Below, in pieces: positions 9,483 through 19,214 of a DNA stretch of 64,000 bases. Source of the stretch: an uncultured Planctomycetales bacterium (lineage in GTDB: Bacteria; Omnitrophota; Gorgyraeia; Gygaellales; Profunditerraquicolaceae); NCBI GenBank assembly GCA_964603585.1, contig CAZRVK010000002.1, forward strand, positions 243,561 to 307,560, given 5' to 3'. The stretch's first letter is position 1; each line of letters begins with the position of its first letter. The notes beneath the pieces were generated by a model. That model was given only the letters and a program-made list of their open reading frames with translations. It did no database searches and was not told where the DNA came from. Made by a program: the position numbers and the translations under genes.

Positions 9483-11200
9483 TGGATATGGAAACTTTAA
9501 GGCACTCGTGTTCGCACATCATGGCTAAGGCGGTAAAGGCGCTTTGGCCGGAGGTAAAACTCGGGATCGGTCCTTCTATAGAAGACGGTTTTTATTACGA
9601 TTTTGATAAGAAAGAGCCTTTTACGGATGCGGATCTGGCCAGAATTGAGCAGAAGATGCGCCAGATTATTGACCGCGACGAGATTTTTGTCCGTAAAGAA
9701 TTGAATAAAAAAGAGGCCCTGGCTTTGTTCGACGGCTTAAATGAAACATATAAAATAGATCTCATTAATTCACTGGCAGATGAGACCGTATCTATTTATA
9801 CGACCGGTTCTGATTTTACCGATCTCTGCCGGGGTCCGCATGTAAAATCCACATCCCAGATCAAGGCCTTTAAATTATTATCTGTTGCCGGGGCTTATTG
9901 GCATGGGATCGAAACTAACCCGATGCTGCAGAGGATATACGGAACATGTTTTGATACGCAAAAAGAGCTGGATGAGTATTTAAATAACCTGGAAGAAGCT
10001 AAAAAAAGGGATCATCGTAAATTAGGCCCTCAATTGGGACTTTTTGATATCTATCATGAAGAGGCAGGCGCCGGGCTTGTGTTTTATCAACCCAAGGGGG
10101 CGTTCTTGCGCACCTTGATCGAGGATTACGAAAAGCAAGAGCATCTAAAAAGGGGTTATCAGATAGTAGTCACTCCGCATATTATGCAGGCTGGGCTTTG
10201 GAAGACATCTGGGCATTACGATTATTATCGGGATAATATGTATACCTTGAAGATCGAGGAGAAAGAGTTTGTCTTGAAGCCGATGAATTGCCCGGGGCAT
10301 ATCTTGATCTATAAATCAAAAACCAGGAGCTACAAGGAATTTCCTTTAAGGTTCTTCGAGTTGGGCACGGTTTATCGCCATGAAAAAGCCGGGGTTTTAC
10401 ACGGGCTTTTGCGGGTAAGGGGCTTTACCCAGGATGACGCGCATATCTTTTGTCTTCCGGAACAACTTAAAGACGAGATTAAGGGGGTAATCGATTTTGT
10501 TTTTGATACGATGAAGGTGTTCGGCTTTACTGATGTTGGCATTGAATTAAGTACCCGCCCGGAAAAATATATTGGCTCGGATGATGATTGGCAAAAGGCC
10601 ACTTCAAGCCTGGAGGAAGCCCTTAATGAAAAAGGGCTTACTTATGAAATAAATGCCGGTGACGGCGCCTTTTACGGTCCCAAGATCGATATTAAATTAA
10701 AGGATGCCTTAAAAAGAAAATGGCAGTGCGCTACTATTCAATGCGATTTTGCCCTGCCTAAGCGTTTTAATCTGGAATATGTGGGGCCAGACGGACTTTC
10801 TAAACAGCCGATCATGTTACACCGTGTGATTTTTGGCAGTTTAGAGAGGTTTGTTGGGGCTTTAACCGAACATTATGCCGGGGCATTTCCCTTATGGCTT
10901 TCTCCGGTACAGGTTATGATTGTCCCGGTGAATGCTAATCTGAAAGAGTATGTAGAGTCGTTAAAAAATAAATTAATCGCACGATCTATCCGGACCGCGG
11001 TAGAAGATACGACAGAGACCCTGAATAAGCGTATCCGCCAGGCAGAAGTGGAAAAGACGCCATATATCCTGGTGGTGGGTGACCGTGAGGCCAAACAGAA
11101 TACCTTGTCGGTCAGGAAAAGGGGCAAAGGGGAGACAGGGGTAATTTCGGTCGAGGATTTTATAAAGCAAGTTCGAGAGGAAATAGATAATAAACAGTAA
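9479..11200 (+). CDS. thrS: threonine--tRNA ligase (short form lacking N-terminal TGS domain)
   Basis: 573 aa; class II aaRS motifs, HxxxH editing-domain remnant (RHSCSH), anticodon-binding C-terminus. Confidence 0.85.
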   Translation: MMDMETLRHSCSHIMAKAVKALWPEVKLGIGPSIEDGFYYDFDKKEPFTDADLARIEQKMRQIIDRDEIFVRKELNKKEALALFDGLNETYKIDLINSLADETVSIYTTGSDFTDLCRGPHVKSTSQIKAFKLLSVAGAYWHGIETNPMLQRIYGTCFDTQKELDEYLNNLEEAKKRDHRKLGPQLGLFDIYHEEAGAGLVFYQPKGAFLRTLIEDYEKQEHLKRGYQIVVTPHIMQAGLWKTSGHYDYYRDNMYTLKIEEKEFVLKPMNCPGHILIYKSKTRSYKEFPLRFFELGTVYRHEKAGVLHGLLRVRGFTQDDAHIFCLPEQLKDEIKGVIDFVFDTMKVFGFTDVGIELSTRPEKYIGSDDDWQKATSSLEEALNEKGLTYEINAGDGAFYGPKIDIKLKDALKRKWQCATIQCDFALPKRFNLEYVGPDGLSKQPIMLHRVIFGSLERFVGALTEHYAGAFPLWLSPVQVMIVPVNANLKEYVESLKNKLIARSIRTAVEDTTETLNKRIRQAEVEKTPYILVVGDREAKQNTLSVRKRGKGETGVISVEDFIKQVREEIDNKQ

Positions 11201-11243
11201 TTTTACGCAAAAAAAATGATTATTAATTTAAAAAGAAGAGGAG

Positions 11244-11759
11244 GTGGTTACGATAAACAAATTTATCCGAATTAACGAAAAGATCCGTGTTCCACAAGTA
11301 AGGTTGATCGGCCCTGATGGCAACCAGCTGGGAGTGATGGCGGTTTCCCGTGCGCAGGAACTGGCAATGCAGCACGATTTGGATCTGGTGGAGGTGGCTC
11401 CGACCGCAAACCCTCCGGTGTGCCGTATCATTGATTTCAGCAAGTTTAAATATGACCAGGAAAAAAAAGAACGCGAGGCAAAAAAGCACCAGAAGCTGAC
11501 GCATTTAAAAGAGATTCGCGTCAAGCCCAATATCGACGAGCATGACTATCAAACGAAATTGAAGCAGGTGCTGGCGTTTTTAGAGAAAAAAGATAAAGTA
11601 AAAATCAATCTTTTCTTCCGCGGCAGGCAAATGGAGCATTTGGATCTGGGCAGAAAGATCATTGATAAATTCATTTTAGATACACAAAGTTTTGGGCAGA
11701 TAGAAAAGAATCCCGTATTGGAAGGAAGGGTGATATCTTTAGTGGTCGGCCCGAAATAA
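11244..11759 (+). CDS. infC: translation initiation factor IF-3
   Basis: INEKIRVPQVRLIGPDGNQLGV... IF3 N and C domains; infC-rpmI-rplT operon order; probable non-ATG start. Confidence 0.85.
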   Translation: MVTINKFIRINEKIRVPQVRLIGPDGNQLGVMAVSRAQELAMQHDLDLVEVAPTANPPVCRIIDFSKFKYDQEKKEREAKKHQKLTHLKEIRVKPNIDEHDYQTKLKQVLAFLEKKDKVKINLFFRGRQMEHLDLGRKIIDKFILDTQSFGQIEKNPVLEGRVISLVVGPK

Positions 11760-11781
11760 AACATCCGGTTCAGGAGGAGAA

Positions 11782-11982
11782 ATGCCAAAACTAAAAACTA
11801 AAAAAGGCGTTGCAAAACGATTCAAGATAAGCAAAAAGGGTAAAATAAAATTCCATTCCGGAGGGAAAAGTCATCTTTCGACGAGCAAAAAGACCAAAAA
11901 GAACCGACGTTTAAGGCATTCCGGTATCCTTGGCGGCGCGAAAGAAATAAAATATTTAAAAAGGGTCATGCCTTACGGATAG
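11782..11982 (+). CDS. rpmI: 50S ribosomal protein L35
   Basis: MPKLKTKKGVAKRFKISKKGKIKFHSGGKSHL matches L35. Confidence 0.9.
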   Translation: MPKLKTKKGVAKRFKISKKGKIKFHSGGKSHLSTSKKTKKNRRLRHSGILGGAKEIKYLKRVMPYG

Positions 11983-12010
11983 GATGAAAGAATAACAATA
12001 AGGAGAAGAA

Positions 12011-12361
12011 ATGGCAAAGATTAAACATAGCGTAGCAACGCGCAGACGCAAGAAAAGGGTTTTAAAAAAAGCGAAAGGTTTCTGGGGAGATCGCAGTAAA
12101 CAGTTTCAGCAAGCCAAACGTGCATTGCAGCATGCTGAAGTATACGCCTATCGTGACCGCCGGGTCAAGAAACGCGATTTTCGCGCTCTCTGGATAGTCC
12201 GGATCAACGCTGCATGCCGCCAATTGGATATTACCTATAGCAAGTTCATGAGTGGTTTGAAAAAAGCCAAAGTAGAACTGGACCGAAAGGTATTAGCCGA
12301 TTTGGCAGTGAACAATATAAAGGCATTTGAAAAGTTAGTGGAAATAGCAAAGGGTAAATAG
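12011..12361 (+). CDS. rplT: 50S ribosomal protein L20
   Basis: [26 protein letters not shown]...[21 protein letters not shown] matches L20. Confidence 0.9.
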   Translation: MAKIKHSVATRRRKKRVLKKAKGFWGDRSKQFQQAKRALQHAEVYAYRDRRVKKRDFRALWIVRINAACRQLDITYSKFMSGLKKAKVELDRKVLADLAVNNIKAFEKLVEIAKGK

Positions 12362-12393
12362 CCCGGATACCTGTAGATATAAAAGGACAATGT

Positions 12394-13044
12394 ATGTATG
12401 TAATAATTGTTGGATGCGGCAGGGTTGGTTCGGAGTTAGCCAAACTTTTATCCAATGAAGGGCATAATGTTGTGGTTGTGGATAAGAACCCGTCTTCTTT
12501 TGACCGATTAAGCGGTTCCTTTAACGGGATCACCTTGGTAGGAAATGGGTTCGGCCTGGAGTTATTAAAACAAGCCGGGATTGAAAAGGCAGATGCCTTT
12601 TGTGCTGTCACAAACGGGGATAATACGAACCTGATAGCCGCGCAGGTAGCAAAAAAGATCTTTAAGGTGCCTAAGGTTTTTGCCAGGGTCTATGACCCAC
12701 AGCGGGCGCATATTTATTCATCCTTGGGCCTGGATATTATAAGCGGTACTATTTTATTTGCGGCAATGCTTAGGGATAAGATCATCGAAAGGCGGTTTTC
12801 AAGTTACCTTATCGAAACCAAGGATCTTGGGGTGATCGAGATCGAAGCCAAAGGCAGCCTTATTGGCAAACAGATACGGCAGATAAATCTTGAGGGCGAG
12901 TTCTTAGTAGTGGCGATAAGGCGGATTGACGGGGTATTTATCCCGGAGCCGCACACGGTCCTTAAGCCCAAGGATGTTTTTATGGGAATATTAAAAGTAG
13001 AGAGTCTGAAGAAAATAAAAGATCGGTTTAGCTTGGAAGAATAA
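12394..13044 (+). CDS. trkA: Trk/Ktr potassium uptake NAD-binding regulatory subunit
   Basis: Rossmann GCGRVGSELAKLL, RCK_N and RCK_C domains. Confidence 0.8.
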   Translation: MYVIIVGCGRVGSELAKLLSNEGHNVVVVDKNPSSFDRLSGSFNGITLVGNGFGLELLKQAGIEKADAFCAVTNGDNTNLIAAQVAKKIFKVPKVFARVYDPQRAHIYSSLGLDIISGTILFAAMLRDKIIERRFSSYLIETKDLGVIEIEAKGSLIGKQIRQINLEGEFLVVAIRRIDGVFIPEPHTVLKPKDVFMGILKVESLKKIKDRFSLEE

Positions 13045-13055
13045 GGGAAGGCATT

Positions 13056-13718
13056 ATGTATGTAGTAATTGTAGGAGCCGGCAAGGTTGGGTATTTTTTG
13101 GCAAAGCGGTTACATGCCAATAAACATACGGTTAGTATAGTCGATAAGGATAAGGCGGTTTGCGAAGATCTTGCAAGGCAACAGGATATTTTGGTTATCC
13201 ACGGAGATGCCTGCGATCCGCATATCCTCGAGGAGGCCGGCCTTGCGCGCGCCGATGTAGTTGCTTCCGTGACCGGGGAAGATGAGGATAATTTAATCAT
13301 TTGTCAACTGGCCAAAGAAAAGTTTAATGTCGGGCGTACGGTGGCCAGGGTCAATAACCCGGACAATGAGCACACATTTTTTGAGCTGGGAATAGATATC
13401 CCGATTGATTCCACCAAAATTATCGCCAAAATCATAGAAGAAGAGGTTTCATTCTCCGATTTTGTTAATTTATTGAGTTTTAAGCGTGGCAAACTTTCTA
13501 TTGTGCGCGTTGACCTGCCAACGGATTCTCCTGTGATCAATAAACAGATCTTAGAGATCCATTTGCCGAAAGATTCGGTGCTGGTTTCCATTGTCAGAGG
13601 GGAAGAGGTGATTGTCCCTAAGGGGGACACCCGGCTTTTGCCCGGGGATGATATTATCGCCTTAACGCTTATTGGCAATGAACCCCAGCTTTTGAATTTA
13701 TTAGTCGGTAAACTATAA
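13056..13718 (+). CDS. trkA: Trk/Ktr potassium uptake NAD-binding regulatory subunit (second paralog)
   Basis: GAGKVGYFLAKRL Rossmann motif, RCK_N and RCK_C domains. Confidence 0.8.
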   Translation: MYVVIVGAGKVGYFLAKRLHANKHTVSIVDKDKAVCEDLARQQDILVIHGDACDPHILEEAGLARADVVASVTGEDEDNLIICQLAKEKFNVGRTVARVNNPDNEHTFFELGIDIPIDSTKIIAKIIEEEVSFSDFVNLLSFKRGKLSIVRVDLPTDSPVINKQILEIHLPKDSVLVSIVRGEEVIVPKGDTRLLPGDDIIALTLIGNEPQLLNLLVGKL

Positions 13719-13817
13719 TAACAAGAAGATGAAAACCAAAGTTTTTCTAAACGCGGTCTTAGGTATTGGCACAGAGATCCTTTATACCGGGCTGGTCATG
13801 CTGGCTGCTTTATTGGT

Positions 13818-15341
13818 TTGTATATTCTTCGACCTAAAATGATATTACGCCCCGTTAAAGAAGATTTTAAGAATATCGGTTATTATCTGGGCAAGATCAT
13901 TATTGGTTTGGGCTTAATGATGTTTCTCCCCGCGGTCGTCGGAGTGATCTTCGGGGAGACAAATCCGGCATTGGATTATCTAATCGGTGCAGAGACTGCG
14001 CTTATTTGCGGTTTGATTTTAATGAGGCTTTGTTATACCGAGCGCGATCTAAGCTGGATGCAGGGGATGATCGTGGTTTCTCTTGCCTGGTTAGGGGCAA
14101 CGTTATTTGGTTCGATCCCTCTTTATTTAAGCGGGCACTGGAATTCGTTTTTAGACGCCTGTTTTGACACGATGTCCGGTTTTACCACTACCGGATTGGC
14201 CTTAGTGCAAAACTTAGACCATATGGCGTATGCTCATAATTTTTGGCGCCACCTGACCATGTTCATTGGCGGCCAAGGTATTGTAATCGTTGCGCTTTCC
14301 TTCTTTGTCAAAGGGGCCAGCGGGGCGTTTAAAATGTATGTTGGCGAGGCGCGTGATGAAAAGATCATGCCCAACGTCATCAGTACCAGCAGGTTCATCT
14401 GGCTGGTCAGTTTCATATATTTGATCCTGGGTACCTTGTCCCTGGCCCTTACCGGCATCTTGAATGGAATGAAGCCGGAGAATGCTTTTTTTCATGGCGC
14501 ATGCATATTCATGACCGCCTTTGATACCGGAGGTTTTGCTCCCCAATCCCAAAGTATCCTGTATTACCACAGCCTGTGGTTTGAGGTCATAACAATTATC
14601 ATTATGTTCCTTGGTGCATTAAATTTTAAATTGCATTACCATCTTTGGATAGGTAAACGTAATGAGATACTTAAGAATATCGAAACCCAGACTTTTTTTA
14701 TCACCATTATGGTGCTTTTTACCATTACCGCTACCGGCTTATCCCAGGTAGGGGCTTATCCTAAAGCGATTATGCTGTTTAGAAAAGGTTTTTTTCAGTT
14801 AGTCTCCGGGCACACCGGGACGGGATTTCAGACGATTTATCCGGATCAATTCGTGGATGATTGGAATGCGCTGGCTTCTTTAGGCGTGATTTGCGCCATG
14901 ACTTTAGGTGGAGCGGTTTGCTCTACGACCGGCGCAATAAAGATGTTACGGATAGGGATTATCTTTAAGGCCATGGTAGAGGATATCAAGAGGATTATCC
15001 TTCCAGAGAACGCGATTATCGTACAGAGATTCCATCATATCAAAGAAATGTTCTTGGAGGATAAACAGGTCCGGTCTGCTTTATTGATCACTATGGCTTA
15101 TTTAATTCTCTATGCCATAGGCGCGGTTGCAGGTATGTTCTTTGGCTATCCTTTTTTAAGCGCTTTATTCGAATCCACCTCTGCTGCGGCCAATGTCGGG
15201 TTATCGTGCGGTCTGACCAGTCCCGAGATGCCGAATACCTTGAAGGTAATCTATATGTTCCAAATGTGGGCCGGCAGGTTAGAGTTTATGTCGGTATTCA
15301 CCTTGTTTGGGTTTTTACTGGCGGTAATGAAAGGAAAGTAA
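13818..15341 (+). CDS. trkH: TrkH/KtrB-family potassium transporter membrane subunit
   Basis: 507 aa polytopic protein with repeated GFxTTG / TGTGF selectivity-filter-like motifs; follows two trkA genes. Confidence 0.8.
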   Translation: MYILRPKMILRPVKEDFKNIGYYLGKIIIGLGLMMFLPAVVGVIFGETNPALDYLIGAETALICGLILMRLCYTERDLSWMQGMIVVSLAWLGATLFGSIPLYLSGHWNSFLDACFDTMSGFTTTGLALVQNLDHMAYAHNFWRHLTMFIGGQGIVIVALSFFVKGASGAFKMYVGEARDEKIMPNVISTSRFIWLVSFIYLILGTLSLALTGILNGMKPENAFFHGACIFMTAFDTGGFAPQSQSILYYHSLWFEVITIIIMFLGALNFKLHYHLWIGKRNEILKNIETQTFFITIMVLFTITATGLSQVGAYPKAIMLFRKGFFQLVSGHTGTGFQTIYPDQFVDDWNALASLGVICAMTLGGAVCSTTGAIKMLRIGIIFKAMVEDIKRIILPENAIIVQRFHHIKEMFLEDKQVRSALLITMAYLILYAIGAVAGMFFGYPFLSALFESTSAAANVGLSCGLTSPEMPNTLKVIYMFQMWAGRLEFMSVFTLFGFLLAVMKGK

Positions 15342-15342
15342 A

Positions 15343-15891
15343 TTGAAATACGATGTTTTTTGCGGCAAGGCCTTAAGCTTTTTTCTCAACCGTTCGTTTC
15401 GATTATCCGTATGCTGTTTTTTGGGGATGTTTATTGTGAGCTCATATGGTTTTGTCCAGGCCACCGATAGCCGCGAGCTTATTGACCATGCGGACCGATA
15501 TGACGGCACAACCCTTAGCTATACAGGAGAAATAGTTGGTGATATAATGAAACGCGGAGAGTTTGCCTGGATTAACGTCAGCGATGGCAAAAACAGTATC
15601 GGCGTTTGGCTTCATCAGGATTTGCTCAAAGGCGTAGTTTATACCGGCAGTTATAAGGTACAAGGAGCGGTAGTCGAGGTGTCTGGGGTTTTTCATCGTG
15701 CCTGCCCGGAACACGGCGGCGATTTGGACCTGCACGCACAGGATTTGCGCATATTGAGTAAAGGGTCGGTTTTACAACGGCCGGTTAATTTAGAAAAAAA
15801 GAAGTTAAGCCTGGGTCTATTAGGAGTGACATGTCTGGTATTACTATTGAATCGTTACAAGAGAGTATCAAAAAAGAATCGGAAGGGATAA
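15343..15891 (+). CDS. hypothetical secreted/membrane-anchored protein (possible OB-fold BOF/YgiW-like)
   Basis: N-terminal hydrophobic signal, central beta-rich segment, C-terminal TM plus basic tail; overlaps pheS start by about 60 nt. Confidence 0.35.
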   Translation: MKYDVFCGKALSFFLNRSFRLSVCCFLGMFIVSSYGFVQATDSRELIDHADRYDGTTLSYTGEIVGDIMKRGEFAWINVSDGKNSIGVWLHQDLLKGVVYTGSYKVQGAVVEVSGVFHRACPEHGGDLDLHAQDLRILSKGSVLQRPVNLEKKKLSLGLLGVTCLVLLLNRYKRVSKKNRKG

Positions 15892-16853
15892 TTTCCGCAC
15901 AGGATTTGGAATCGTTGCGCATTAAATACCTGGGTAGAAAAGGCTTATTGGCAGAATTGATGAGCGTGATCCCTTCTTTGCCCAAAGAAGAACGCGGGGT
16001 TTTTGGACAGAAAGCCAACGCCCTGAAAAATCAGATCCTGCTTATTTTATCGGCGAAAGAAAAGGAAATTAATGCCAAGCCCTGCGGATATTGCGAAAGC
16101 AGTTTTGATATCGGCATGCCCGGGATCGCGCAGGATTATGGCCGCCGGCATCCGATCACCCAGGTAGTCGAAGAAATTTGCCGGATTTTTGTCCGGATGG
16201 GATTTTCCCTGTTAGAGGGGCCGGAGATCGAGACCGAATATAATAATTTCAGCGGTTTGAACATTCCTCTGGACCATCCTTCCCGGGATGCCTTTGATAC
16301 CTTTTATTTGAAGGGCACTCCGCATTTATTACTGCGCAGCCATACATCGCCTATGCAGGTGCGTGCGATGAAAAAATATAAGCCTCCGCTTGCCATCGTC
16401 GTCCCGGGCAGGGTTTACCGGCCGGATGCCACAGATGCATCGCACTTATTCATGTTTCATCAGATCGAAGGGTTTTTGGTGGATGAAGAAGTGAGGTTCT
16501 CTGATTTAAAGGGGATGCTGGAGGTTTTTGCCAAGGAGGTGTTTGGCCCCACGATCAAGATGCGCCTTAGGCCGCATTTTTTCCCTTTTACCGAACCTTC
16601 CGCGGAAGTGGATATTTCATGCGTGATCTGTCAGGGCAAAGGTTGTTCTTCATGCGGGAAAAAAGGTTGGCTGGAGATCTTAGGGGCAGGGATGATTCAC
16701 CCCAATGTTTTTAAAAATGTGGGATATGATCCGTCAAGGGTTTCCGGGTTTGCTTTTGGCATGGGGATCGAACGTATTGCTATGCTCAAATACGGGATTA
16801 AGGATATCCGGATGTTTTGTGAGAATGATCTTAGGTTCTTGAAGCAGTTTTAA
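15831..16853 (+). CDS. pheS: phenylalanine--tRNA ligase alpha subunit
   Basis: N-terminal LRIKYLGRKGLL, class II core motifs (FPFTEPS, GAGMIHPNV, GMGIERIAM). Confidence 0.85.
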   Translation: MSGITIESLQESIKKESEGIISAQDLESLRIKYLGRKGLLAELMSVIPSLPKEERGVFGQKANALKNQILLILSAKEKEINAKPCGYCESSFDIGMPGIAQDYGRRHPITQVVEEICRIFVRMGFSLLEGPEIETEYNNFSGLNIPLDHPSRDAFDTFYLKGTPHLLLRSHTSPMQVRAMKKYKPPLAIVVPGRVYRPDATDASHLFMFHQIEGFLVDEEVRFSDLKGMLEVFAKEVFGPTIKMRLRPHFFPFTEPSAEVDISCVICQGKGCSSCGKKGWLEILGAGMIHPNVFKNVGYDPSRVSGFAFGMGIERIAMLKYGIKDIRMFCENDLRFLKQF

Positions 16854-16884
16854 GATTTTTTCCTATATGAGGAAAATGTAAAAA

Positions 16885-18972
16885 ATGAAATTTACTTATA
16901 ATTGGCTCAAGGATTTTGTAGAAATAAATATTCCTCCCTCTCGATTAGCGGATAAATTGACCATGGCCGGGATCGAGGTCGGCTCGATCCAAGAAAAGGA
17001 GGGGGATTTTGTTTTTGAAATAGAGATCACCTCTAACCGTCCGGACTGGTTGAGCGTGATCGGCATTGCCCGGGAAATCGCTGCACTCACGGGGAATAAA
17101 ATAAAAGTATCCGGGTCACAAAGCCAGAAGATCACAAAGGCTCAAGGGCCGAATGGCCGAATGGCAAAGAGCAACCACCTGTTAGAGATTAAAATAGAGG
17201 ATAAAGAAGATTGCCCTTTATATACCGCTAAGATCATTCGTGATGTAAAAATAGGGCCTTCTCCGGACTGGATGAGAAAAAGGCTGGAATTAGTTGACTG
17301 CCGCAGTATCAATAACGCGGTAGATATCACCAACTATATCCTGTTTACGTATGGTGAACCTTTGCATGCCTTTGATTTGGATAAATTATTTATGTGCCAG
17401 GGGGTTAGAGTTCCGCCGGATCAAGGGCAGATTATCGTCCGAAGAGCCAAGGGCGGAGAGAAAATAGTTACTATTGACGGGCAAGAAAAACAGTTAGACA
17501 AGGACATTTTAGTGATCGCTAATTCCTGCGGGCCGGTCGCGATTGCCGGGGTGATGGGGGGTAAAGACAGTGAAGTTACGGTCAATACAAGAAATATCCT
17601 TTTAGAAGCGGCCATATTCAATCCGGTAGTTATACGTCAGGGAAGGCAAAAATTAGGGATGCAATCGGATGCCTCTTACCGCTTTGAAAGGGGAGTAGAT
17701 ACCGAAACTGTCAGGGTATCATCGTATTTGGCGGCAAATCAGCTCGAAGAATTGGCCGGAGGAAAGATTATTTTATCCAAGGATGCCGGCGGCATAAAAG
17801 CGGGATCCAGGAGTATAAGATTAAATACGGACTCGGCGGCTAAAGTCCTGGGGGTAAATATCCCTTCGGCAAAAATCAGATCCATTTTGCACGGCCTGGG
17901 ATTTAAGGCGGTAAAGAAAGGGAAAACCGGTTTTATGGTTGGCGTGCCGGCTTACCGGCAGGATGTATCCGGTGAGATTGATTTGATCGAGGAGGTAGCC
18001 CGTATCTATGGATATGACCAGGTACCTTCTACTATCCCAGCGGTAAAACCGCAATTGAATATTTCCGGCAATAGCCACAAGATATCACTGATAAAAGATA
18101 TTCTTCTTGGTCTTGGTTTGAATGAAACGATCACTTATACCTTAATCGACCGGGGATCCCTCAAGGATTTTGCATTGTCGTTCCCGTCTCTTATTGAAGT
18201 GCAAAACCCGCAAAGCAAAGAACAGGAGGTTTTAAGGCCGAGTATAATCCCTTCTCTCGCCAGGTGTGTAGCTTTTAACCTTAACCAGAAACAGAATTAT
18301 ATTAATATTTTTGAGGTTGCCAAAATATTCAGAGGAGTTTCCGCTGGTGTTCCTGAAGAAACACTGGTTTTAGGGCTTGCTTTATGCGGAGAGAAAGATA
18401 CGCTTCTGGAAAACGGTTTGGTAAAAGATAAAATGGGCGTTTTGCATGTAAAAGGCATAATAGAAACACTTTTTTTGCGGCTGGGAATTAATGGGTTCTC
18501 CTTCTTGCTGGATAATCCTCAACAGGCAAGGTTGATTTTAGGAGGTGAGGACATGGGGGGTATCCTGAAATTAAATAAGAATATCCTCGCCTCTTTGGAT
18601 ATAAAGAACAAGGATGTAGTGGTAGCGGAGTTTTTCTTGGATAAAATAATACCCAAAATAAACTTAAATAAGAAGTTTATCCCTTTGCCGATTTACCCGG
18701 GAATAGCCAGGGATATTAGTTTGCTGCTTAAGAGCGAAGTTCAAGTGGAGGATGTGTTAAAGATAATCAAAGAAAACGCCGTATCATTATTGCAGCAGGT
18801 AAACGTGGTAGATATTTATAAGGGCAAGCAAATTCCTTCCGGGTTCAAGAATTTGACGGTTTCCTGCCTGTATCGTTCAGACGACCGCACTTTAACTGAA
18901 GAGGAGATAACTCCCGTACACGCCAAGGTCTCGGCTTCATTGGTCGAGAGATTAGGGGCTCAAATCCGGTAA
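16885..18972 (+). CDS. pheT: phenylalanine--tRNA ligase beta subunit (short form, 695 aa)
   Basis: tRNA-binding N-terminus, B3/4 and B5 domains, FDX-ACB C-terminus; follows pheS. Confidence 0.85.
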   Translation: MKFTYNWLKDFVEINIPPSRLADKLTMAGIEVGSIQEKEGDFVFEIEITSNRPDWLSVIGIAREIAALTGNKIKVSGSQSQKITKAQGPNGRMAKSNHLLEIKIEDKEDCPLYTAKIIRDVKIGPSPDWMRKRLELVDCRSINNAVDITNYILFTYGEPLHAFDLDKLFMCQGVRVPPDQGQIIVRRAKGGEKIVTIDGQEKQLDKDILVIANSCGPVAIAGVMGGKDSEVTVNTRNILLEAAIFNPVVIRQGRQKLGMQSDASYRFERGVDTETVRVSSYLAANQLEELAGGKIILSKDAGGIKAGSRSIRLNTDSAAKVLGVNIPSAKIRSILHGLGFKAVKKGKTGFMVGVPAYRQDVSGEIDLIEEVARIYGYDQVPSTIPAVKPQLNISGNSHKISLIKDILLGLGLNETITYTLIDRGSLKDFALSFPSLIEVQNPQSKEQEVLRPSIIPSLARCVAFNLNQKQNYINIFEVAKIFRGVSAGVPEETLVLGLALCGEKDTLLENGLVKDKMGVLHVKGIIETLFLRLGINGFSFLLDNPQQARLILGGEDMGGILKLNKNILASLDIKNKDVVVAEFFLDKIIPKINLNKKFIPLPIYPGIARDISLLLKSEVQVEDVLKIIKENAVSLLQQVNVVDIYKGKQIPSGFKNLTVSCLYRSDDRTLTEEEITPVHAKVSASLVERLGAQIR

Positions 18973-19022
18973 AGTATCTCCGGGTTGGTTGACAACCGTT
19001 TGAGATGTGCTATACTTTTTTA

Positions 19023-19210
19023 GCAAGGAAAAAGCACTTTGTAAAATATTCCCTGCCGTGTTCGTGAGGAGTTTGATGATTGGTGATCCAACACCAATAT
19101 CTTGGAAGCCCGACTTCCTCGGCGCTTCGGCGTCCTGGAGAAGCTTCCACCTGAAACCAAATCGGTTCAGCCAATCATCTCTAACGGCACAGCGCGGGGA
19201 ATTTTTTTTG
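19023..19210 (+). ncRNA. candidate structured small RNA (identity unresolved; 6S-like or other), non-coding
   Basis: Near-consensus promoter TTGACA(18989-18994)-16 nt-TATACT(19011-19016). About 185-nt GC-rich segment with a 5'/3' closing stem (CCCUGCCGUG / ACGGCA..GGGG), nested helix GGAAGC...GGCGC-UUCG-GCGUCC...GCUUCC, hairpins AUUGGUG/CACCAAU and CUGAACC/GGUUCAG, ending in a U8 tract at 19203-19210. The overlapping ORFs in the track have no recognisable domains. Confidence 0.4.
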
Positions 19211-19214
19211 TCCC

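Noticed and set aside
19023-19210. SRP (4.5S) RNA identity for the structured RNA
   Set aside because: Could not find the conserved domain IV motif (GGAA...AGCAGCC-type symmetric loop) by eye; left as unresolved ncRNA.
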